Both the position numbers and the translations under genes were made by a program. Positions 57,831-64,000 of a stretch of DNA of 64,000 bases are shown here, one piece after another. Origin of the DNA: Nitrososphaerota archaeon (GTDB lineage: Archaea > Thermoproteota > Nitrososphaeria_A > Caldarchaeales > Caldarchaeaceae); contig JBEPYN010000002.1 in NCBI GenBank assembly GCA_041641305.1, positions 1 to 64,000 of the forward strand. The letters are read 5' to 3'. The notes beneath the pieces were generated by a model, which worked only from the letters and a program-made list of their open reading frames with translations, had not been told where the DNA came from and ran no database searches. How positions within the stretch are numbered: the first letter of the stretch is position 1; every line of letters begins with the position of its first letter.

Positions 57831-59165
57831 TTGAAGCTGGATTTTACTGCTCAAAGGCGGTTTGTGAGATTGGCTCAGAGGCTGGGTGCTTCGGATGTCG
57901 TCTTCACCTCTCATCAAACTCTGTGGCAGATGATACGCTTCTCCAACAACAAGATAACTGTCTCCAAGAACGGGTCCACGGTTTCCGTGGATGTTTATGT
58001 TAGTGTGAAGGGGCGGCGGGCTGTGCAGTCGACGACCGATGTCTCGCCCAAGTCTATTGAGGAGCTTGTGAGGAAAACCGTCGCCGCGGCCAAGGCGTCT
58101 CCCGAGGCAGATGTTTACGCACCTCTGCCAAAAGGGCCCTTCAAGTATGACAAGAAGCTTCTCAAACCTGTTTCCGCAGAGGTTTCTCCCGAGCAGCTTG
58201 TGGAGTATGTTGGGGAGGCTGTGAACGGCGGGCTCGACAACGGCGCAAAACGTGTGGCGGGGAGCCTTGTCTACACCCGTGGAAAAATGCTGTTGACGAC
58301 GACAGGCGGTGTGGAGGCGTCGGCCTCGAGCACGGGTATCGAGATATCTGTCAGGGCCTTTGCAGCAGACGATGCCACGGGCCACTTCGTATCCGTTGCA
58401 GCTGACCCTAAGCAGTTCACACCATACCAGGCGGGTGCGAAGGCGGGTGAGATTGCGAAAATGGCTCTCAACCCCGTCGACGGAGAAGCAGGCGTCTACG
58501 AGGGACTTCTCGGCCCCATGACGTTTGCACATATTCTCGAGCAGGTGGGCTCATGGGCTTCTGCCTTCTATGTCGACGGTGAGATGTCTTTCTTGACGGG
58601 GTTGCTGGGCCAGAAGGCGGGCTCGGATGTTTTCAGCCTCTACGACGACCCAACCCTCGCAGGCACATACGGCGCAACACCTTTCGACGACGAAGGCCTT
58701 CCCACCAGACGAAACATCTTGTTCGAGAACGGCGTCCTCAAAACATATCTCCACAACAGCACCACCGCCAAGAAGTTCAACACATCCACGACAGCCAACG
58801 CCGGCCTCATAGTTCCCCATCCCTACAACCTCGTCTGCAGCACAGGCGACAAGTCGCTCGACAAGCTCATCTCATCCATCGACAACGGCATCTGGGTAAC
58901 CAACGACTGGTATCTCCGATACCAAAACTATCGGACAGGCGAGTTCTCAACAATTCCACGCGACGGCCTCTTCCTCATCAAGAACGGCTCCGTCGAGAAG
59001 CCGTTGAAGGGCCTAAGGCTAAGCGACAACATGCTCAACATCCTGAAGGGGATAAGATACTTGGGGGACGAAGGCTACTGGATAAAGTGGTGGGAGGTCG
59101 AGATACCGACCTACGCCCCCTACGCAGTCGTAGAGAAGCTAAACTTCACACGGTCAGCCTTCTAA
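57831..59165 (+). CDS. TldE/PmbA-family protein
   Basis: IRFSNN, PFDDEG, ENGVLKTYLH, TANAG; no HExxH. Confidence 0.9.
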   Translation: MKLDFTAQRRFVRLAQRLGASDVVFTSHQTLWQMIRFSNNKITVSKNGSTVSVDVYVSVKGRRAVQSTTDVSPKSIEELVRKTVAAAKASPEADVYAPLPKGPFKYDKKLLKPVSAEVSPEQLVEYVGEAVNGGLDNGAKRVAGSLVYTRGKMLLTTTGGVEASASSTGIEISVRAFAADDATGHFVSVAADPKQFTPYQAGAKAGEIAKMALNPVDGEAGVYEGLLGPMTFAHILEQVGSWASAFYVDGEMSFLTGLLGQKAGSDVFSLYDDPTLAGTYGATPFDDEGLPTRRNILFENGVLKTYLHNSTTAKKFNTSTTANAGLIVPHPYNLVCSTGDKSLDKLISSIDNGIWVTNDWYLRYQNYRTGEFSTIPRDGLFLIKNGSVEKPLKGLRLSDNMLNILKGIRYLGDEGYWIKWWEVEIPTYAPYAVVEKLNFTRSAF

Positions 59166-60510
59166 CCAGCTCACGAACCCTCTCAACAAGCATAACCGTC
59201 TTCTCGAAACCCGCCTCAACATACCTCGCCACAGCCGCTTCCTCAACTATCTTTGGATCTATCCCCCTCTCAGACAAAGTTTCACGCAACCAGCCGAGGC
59301 CCCTCTCCACCGCCTGTGCCGCGAGACTGTAGCCGTCTTCGACACCGTGTTTCCGGAGAACAAGCTGGAGAATTTCAGCCGATGCCTCTGATGTTTTCTC
59401 GACTTCTTCACGCAGCTTATCTGCCTTGATCTGTGTTTGGCTGATGGCTTGTGTGAGGTTTTTTACTCCGAGAAGTGTCAGGGCCAGGGCTGTGCCGTAG
59501 AAGCGTTTGATGATGGAGTCGCTGAGGTCTCTGTGGAGGCGTGATGAGAGGAGGCGTGTAGCCATGTAGCTGAGTATGTTGGATGCGAGGTCTAGGCATC
59601 CTTCCGCGTTTTCGAAGAGCAGCGGGTTGCGTTTCTGCGGCATGGTTGATGAGTGACGTTGTTCATATGGTTTGCCGAATTCCACGAGCCCAAGAGCCCC
59701 GAGCAGCCAGAAATCTCTGCACAGATTGGCCGCAACCGAGGCGATGACAGCTGTTGTCTGCAGTATCTCGGAGAACCTCTCATGTGGAACAACCTGTGTA
59801 GCGGCTGGTGTGTACTCGAGGCCCATTTGCTGCACAAATTTCTCTGCGAAGCTAAACCAATCTACATGTGGATAGGTTGTTTTATGCGCTGAGAGGTCGC
59901 CGACGGCTCCTCCGAGCTTGGCCTGCGGCCTTAGGTTTTTGAGCTTTTCCGTCAGCTTGGCGAGCCTGTACCCGTAGTTGGCTAGGTAGCTTCCGAAGGT
60001 TGTCGGCACAGCTGGCTGTCCATGCGTCCGTGCGAGGTAGGGCGTGGGGGCATGTGTTTCCGCTAGGGAGATGATTTCTTCGACGAGTTTTGCGAGGGCC
60101 GGTGTGAGGATGGTTTGGATGAAGTCGCGGATGGCCATGCCATAGGCTATGTTGTTGACGTCCTCGCTTGTTAGGCCATAGTGGATGAAGGGCTTTAGTG
60201 CTGCTAGGCCTCTTTCCTCAAGCTTCTTCTCGAGGAACAGTGTGGCGGCGACTACGTCATGCCCAACCCGTTGCTCGATACTCTTCACCTCCGCCGCCTC
60301 CTCACTTGATAACTGCTCCAACTCCTTCTCCAAACCCTCCAAACCAACTGCATCAGGGCCTCTGCCTATCGCCTCGAGAAACGCCCTGAGATACCGCGTC
60401 TCGACAACAAGCCTGTAGCGGATTAGTGCATGTTCGCTGAAAAACCTGCTACATTCGACGAGCTTCTCCCTATAGCGGCCGTCTATCGGCGTGATGGCAT
60501 CGATGCCTAT
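59146..60510 (-). CDS. purB: Adenylosuccinate lyase (non-canonical ATA/ATC start inferred)
   Basis: ITPIDGRY, HYGLTSED, ARTHGQPA, SSTMPQKRNP. Confidence 0.92.
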   Translation of the reverse strand: MGIDAITPIDGRYREKLVECSRFFSEHALIRYRLVVETRYLRAFLEAIGRGPDAVGLEGLEKELEQLSSEEAAEVKSIEQRVGHDVVAATLFLEKKLEERGLAALKPFIHYGLTSEDVNNIAYGMAIRDFIQTILTPALAKLVEEIISLAETHAPTPYLARTHGQPAVPTTFGSYLANYGYRLAKLTEKLKNLRPQAKLGGAVGDLSAHKTTYPHVDWFSFAEKFVQQMGLEYTPAATQVVPHERFSEILQTTAVIASVAANLCRDFWLLGALGLVEFGKPYEQRHSSTMPQKRNPLLFENAEGCLDLASNILSYMATRLLSSRLHRDLSDSIIKRFYGTALALTLLGVKNLTQAISQTQIKADKLREEVEKTSEASAEILQLVLRKHGVEDGYSLAAQAVERGLGWLRETLSERGIDPKIVEEAAVARYVEAGFEKTVMLVERVRELVRRLTV

Positions 60511-61748
60511 TTCCTCGTTACCGTGAGTGAAGCCTCCTCACCCACCGATGCAATGGAGATGTTTACGCGGAGCTGCTTCTCCAACCACTCGAGATATTCT
60601 CGAAAGTTTGGCGGAAGCTCATCCCATCCTTTCTCGACTGCTCTGCGAAGACCGGCTTCATCCATGCTCCATCCGCGGAACTCCTCGTAAACAGGCTGAA
60701 CCTCGTCGAGGCGATGCAGAAAATCGCCGAAACTCTCAGTCTCCACACCATCAACCACATATCTTACACAGGCCTTCACAGTCGGAAGACCCGACAACAC
60801 GTCACCCTTGGTTACCGCCACCGTGTCAACACCGTTTATCATGCATGCGTATCGCAGGGCTGGGATGTCGAGCCATCCTATCCTCCGGGGCCTGCCGGTC
60901 GTTGTCCCGTATTCTCCTCCTTTTTCTCGGATGAGGTCAGCAACCTGTCCCGTTGCCTCGGTTGGGAAGGGCCCTGCGCCGACGCGTGTGGTGTAGGCTT
61001 TGGTGACGCCGATGATGAGGTGTTTCCGCGATATGGGCAGGCCTGTGCTGACGAACCCGTTTGCGGCCACGGTGTTGGAGGATGTTACGTAGGGGTAGGT
61101 GCCGTGGTCTATGTCCAGCAAAGTCCCCTGCGCACCCTCCAGCAAAACACGGCCACCCGACTCAACCACGTCGTTGAGATAACCGGGGACGTTGCCCGCG
61201 AACGGTTCCAGCAAATACCTAAGCTTCTCGAGGTCAGCCCTCAGCTCGGCTCCGTGCAGCTTCTGGAGAAAAGCGGCCCACTTCTCGAGAGAATTCCGCG
61301 CCAACAGGTCCCCTACTCTTATCCCCACTCGGAGCATTTTGTCAGCGTATGCCGGGCCTATTCCTCTACGGGTTGTTCCGACGGCTGCTTCGCCGCGGAG
61401 TGACTCGAGCTTGGCGTCTGCTTCGCGGTGTAGTGGGAAGACGATGTGGGCGGCTGTGCTTATGAGAGGCTTGTGTCTGTGTCCGAGTGTTTTGAGGAGC
61501 TGCAGCTCTTTTTCGAATGCTTCGGGGTCGAGTAGGCAGCCTGCGGCTATGACGGGGCGGGGGCCTGCGAGGCATCCCGCTGGAAGCATGTTGAATTTGT
61601 ACCGTGTTTCGCCGATTTTGACTGTGTGCCCCGCGTTGGCCCCTCCCTGAAACCTCACAACCACCTCAGCATCACGTGACAAAACATAGCTTATCTTGCC
61701 CTTGCCCTCATCGCCCCACTGAAGACCGACAACCACGTCAACACTCAT
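60507..61748 (-). CDS. purA: Adenylosuccinate synthetase
   Basis: QWGDEGKG, GGANAGHT, EGAQG..LD.DHGTYPYVTSS, TTGRPRR. Confidence 0.97.
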   Translation of the reverse strand: MSVDVVVGLQWGDEGKGKISYVLSRDAEVVVRFQGGANAGHTVKIGETRYKFNMLPAGCLAGPRPVIAAGCLLDPEAFEKELQLLKTLGHRHKPLISTAAHIVFPLHREADAKLESLRGEAAVGTTRRGIGPAYADKMLRVGIRVGDLLARNSLEKWAAFLQKLHGAELRADLEKLRYLLEPFAGNVPGYLNDVVESGGRVLLEGAQGTLLDIDHGTYPYVTSSNTVAANGFVSTGLPISRKHLIIGVTKAYTTRVGAGPFPTEATGQVADLIREKGGEYGTTTGRPRRIGWLDIPALRYACMINGVDTVAVTKGDVLSGLPTVKACVRYVVDGVETESFGDFLHRLDEVQPVYEEFRGWSMDEAGLRRAVEKGWDELPPNFREYLEWLEKQLRVNISIASVGEEASLTVTRK

Positions 61749-63196
61749 ATCGTTTCTACGTCGTGTGGATGGCTTTCCCTAAGCCCAGCCTCGGTCATGC
61801 GAATGAAGACGGCGTTGCGCTGCAGCTCCTTTATGTTTGACGCGCCGAGGTAGCTGAGGCCCGAGCGAAGCCCTGCCGCCAGCTGCTTGACGACGTCGGA
61901 TGCCGAGCCTTTGTAGGGTACATATGCTTCTACACCTTCTGCTATGAAGCTGTACTCGGACGCGTCTTGTAGAAAGTCTTCATCACCTGTTCTGCTCTCT
62001 TTTGCGAGCATGGCGTAGAACGAGGCCATGCCCCGGTAAACCTTCATCTTCCTCCCGTTTTTGACAACCACGGCGCCCGGGCTCTCATCCGTCCCAGCCA
62101 AAAGCCTGCCCACCATGGCCGTGGAAGCCCCTGCCGCAAGGGCTTTGACAAGGTCTGCGCTCGACCGTATCCCGCCATCAGCAATTATCGGGACATCCAT
62201 CGCCTCAGCGGCCTCCGCACAATCCATAATAGCCGTCAGCTGCGGCACACCAACGCCTGCGACGATTCGTGTGGTGCAAACCGAGCCAGGGCCCACGCCG
62301 ACTTTCACAGCGGAGGCGCCTGCGGAGGCCAGGTCCTCGACCCCCTCGGCTGTGGCCACGTTACCCGCCACAAGCTCGAAATCATCGCCAAAAGAGCGGC
62401 GGAGCCTTTTGATGAGGTTGATGACCATGTCCGTGTGTCCATGCGCGACATCTATCACGAGGCAGTCAGCCCCCGCCGCGAGAAGAGCCTCCGCACGATC
62501 AACCGCCTCCTCCCTCACACCAATAGCCGCCGCGGCCATCAATCTTCCACGCGAATCCCTCATCGCGTTAGGATGCATCAGCTTCTTGACTATGTCAGCG
62601 CTTGTGATGAGGCCTCTGATGTTCCACTCCGAGTCGACAAGCGGCAGCTTCTCAACCTTATACTTCATAAAAATCTGTTTCGCCTCCTCGAGGGAGATGT
62701 CGGGCGGAGCCGTGACGAGCTTTTCACGCGGCGTCATGTACTCGGCTACTTTTGCCTCGCGGGGTGCGAAAAGGATGTCGCGTCTCGAGAGTATGCCGAC
62801 GAGTTTCCGCGACGGTGTTGACACTAGGAGGCCGCTTACGTTCTTCCTCTTCATCAGGGCCTCTGCCTCAGCTATCGATGCGTCGGGGTCGATGGTGTAG
62901 GGTTCTTCGACGGCGATGTTTTCGGCGCGTTTCACGAGCTTCACCTGCTCAACCTGCTGCTCGATGGTGTTGAACCGATGGATGACGCCGATGCCGCCTT
63001 CACGGGCCATCGCGATAGCCATCTCAGCCTCCGTCACAGTATCCATCGCAGCAGAGACAATAGGCACGTCCAGCTCAATCCTCCGCGTAAAACGGCTCCG
63101 CGTAGAAACCTCTCTACGAGACCTTATTGAGGAGCGGCGGGGCAGAAGCAGGACGTCGTCGAAGGTTAAACCAATTTTCTCCAAAACCTTAGCCAA
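61745..63196 (-). CDS. guaB: IMP dehydrogenase with CBS pair
   Basis: [36 protein letters not shown]. Confidence 0.96.
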   Translation of the reverse strand: MAKVLEKIGLTFDDVLLLPRRSSIRSRREVSTRSRFTRRIELDVPIVSAAMDTVTEAEMAIAMAREGGIGVIHRFNTIEQQVEQVKLVKRAENIAVEEPYTIDPDASIAEAEALMKRKNVSGLLVSTPSRKLVGILSRRDILFAPREAKVAEYMTPREKLVTAPPDISLEEAKQIFMKYKVEKLPLVDSEWNIRGLITSADIVKKLMHPNAMRDSRGRLMAAAAIGVREEAVDRAEALLAAGADCLVIDVAHGHTDMVINLIKRLRRSFGDDFELVAGNVATAEGVEDLASAGASAVKVGVGPGSVCTTRIVAGVGVPQLTAIMDCAEAAEAMDVPIIADGGIRSSADLVKALAAGASTAMVGRLLAGTDESPGAVVVKNGRKMKVYRGMASFYAMLAKESRTGDEDFLQDASEYSFIAEGVEAYVPYKGSASDVVKQLAAGLRSGLSYLGASNIKELQRNAVFIRMTEAGLRESHPHDVETI

Positions 63197-63237
63197 TAAA
63201 TCCCTTGGAAAACAATTCGAGGACAGCTATTTAGATG

Positions 63238-63903
63238 TTAAGTTTTTCTCCGGCTTTTCTGCATAAGTTTTTCGAAGGCTTCCTCGAAGCTCATGCCCTC
63301 GGGCAGCACTATGTGCTGGAAAACACCTGTGTGGCCTTTCTCTCTTCTTTTGAGGAGAACCTTCATTCTTGAGGTGAGGATGTCGGGGTTTATGCCGAGG
63401 GTTTTGACGGCTTCTTCAAAGCTGTGTTTCAAGGGTTTCTCGACATGGCCTTCGGGTGTGGGGATTATCAGGTGAAGGGATTTGTTTATTCCTGGTTTTC
63501 TCACATCGCGCCGCAGCTCCTCAAGCGTTAAGCATCCCGCGAGGGTGTAGAACCCTTCTTCGTCGCGGTTGAGCGACACCATGGGCGCTGAGACGGTGTC
63601 TCTCTCGTTGAGGTAGAGATAGGCTTTGGGAGCGTAGTAGGGTGTTGCTTGGACAAGCTCTCGCTTATGGATTGGTTGGAGAAGCGATAACACATACTCC
63701 AGCTTATACATGGGGACGGGGAGGGGGATGAAGATGTCGAGGTCGCTTGTGGATGTTACGTCGCCGCGGGCCACGCTACCGTAGACAATCGAGTCGAAGC
63801 CATGCTGTGCGAGATGCGTCATCACCTCGAGGGCCCTGCTCCTCAATCTCCGAAGCAGGCTCCACGTCTCGTCGCCGTAGACGACAACCCTCAACCCATG
63901 CAT
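63238..63903 (-). CDS. Predicted nucleotidyltransferase (COG2413-like)
   Basis: YGSVARGDV..TSDLDIFI, QATP, R.PGINK. Confidence 0.85.
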   Translation of the reverse strand: MHGLRVVVYGDETWSLLRRLRSRALEVMTHLAQHGFDSIVYGSVARGDVTSTSDLDIFIPLPVPMYKLEYVLSLLQPIHKRELVQATPYYAPKAYLYLNERDTVSAPMVSLNRDEEGFYTLAGCLTLEELRRDVRKPGINKSLHLIIPTPEGHVEKPLKHSFEEAVKTLGINPDILTSRMKVLLKRREKGHTGVFQHIVLPEGMSFEEAFEKLMQKSRRKT

Positions 63904-63948
63904 GTGATGCGATGCAGCTTTTTATGGTTGCAAGAAACATTTCTGAAC

Positions 63949-64000
63949 GTGGCCTACCTCGACTACGACACGCTTAGCGAAGGCTACGACGAGCTCTATG
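63949..64000 (+). CDS. Partial CDS, probable class I SAM methyltransferase N-terminus
   Basis: GTG..YDTLSEGYDELY, truncated by the window edge. Confidence 0.45.
   Translation, partial: MAYLDYDTLSEGYDELY

Noticed and set aside
60500-60520. purA-purB fusion by -1 frameshift
   Set aside because: The frames would allow it, but G_AGG_AAA is not a canonical slippery heptamer

Overview
Chromosomal window from a thermophilic TACK-type archaeon. Gene content (AglB, Nop10, PAC2, a D-loop-intron tRNA, Csx1) and style suggest Caldarchaeales/'Aigarchaeota'; this assignment is inference only. Layout: (1) 1-6.8 kb is the right end of a decaying head-tail provirus: tape measure with an in-frame stop, hub/tail proteins, an S74 chaperone and TerL. 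(2) 7-16 kb holds an aldo-keto reductase, a PadR-regulated drug ABC exporter, a VapBC pair, nop10 and a Btu/Fec ABC importer. (3) 16-32 kb is a sugar/sugar-acid catabolic island: split Mo-hydroxylase, sugar ABC, KdaD-like dehydratase, ALDH, HpcH aldolase and a degenerate LAGLIDADG protein. (4) 33-40 kb is an N-glycosylation locus: aglB flanked by two paralogous Thr-rich beta-propeller surface proteins, plus a eukaryote-like OSTC/DC2 (OST3/6 family) gene. (5) 41-47 kb has a tRNA-Gly-like gene with an aberrant anticodon loop, tRNA-Leu(CAA) with a D-loop intron, fused GH57/GlgE pseudogenes, wtpABC-modE and tusA-dsrE. (6) 47-64 kb has orphan csx1, cytX, a two-gene DNA-binding module packed with GTGAYG repeats (candidate centromere/origin-like system with a membrane-anchored wHTH), tandem nucleotidyltransferases plus a kinase, pmbA and guaB-purA-purB (purB has no canonical start codon). 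All family calls are from motif recognition by eye; no database searches were run.
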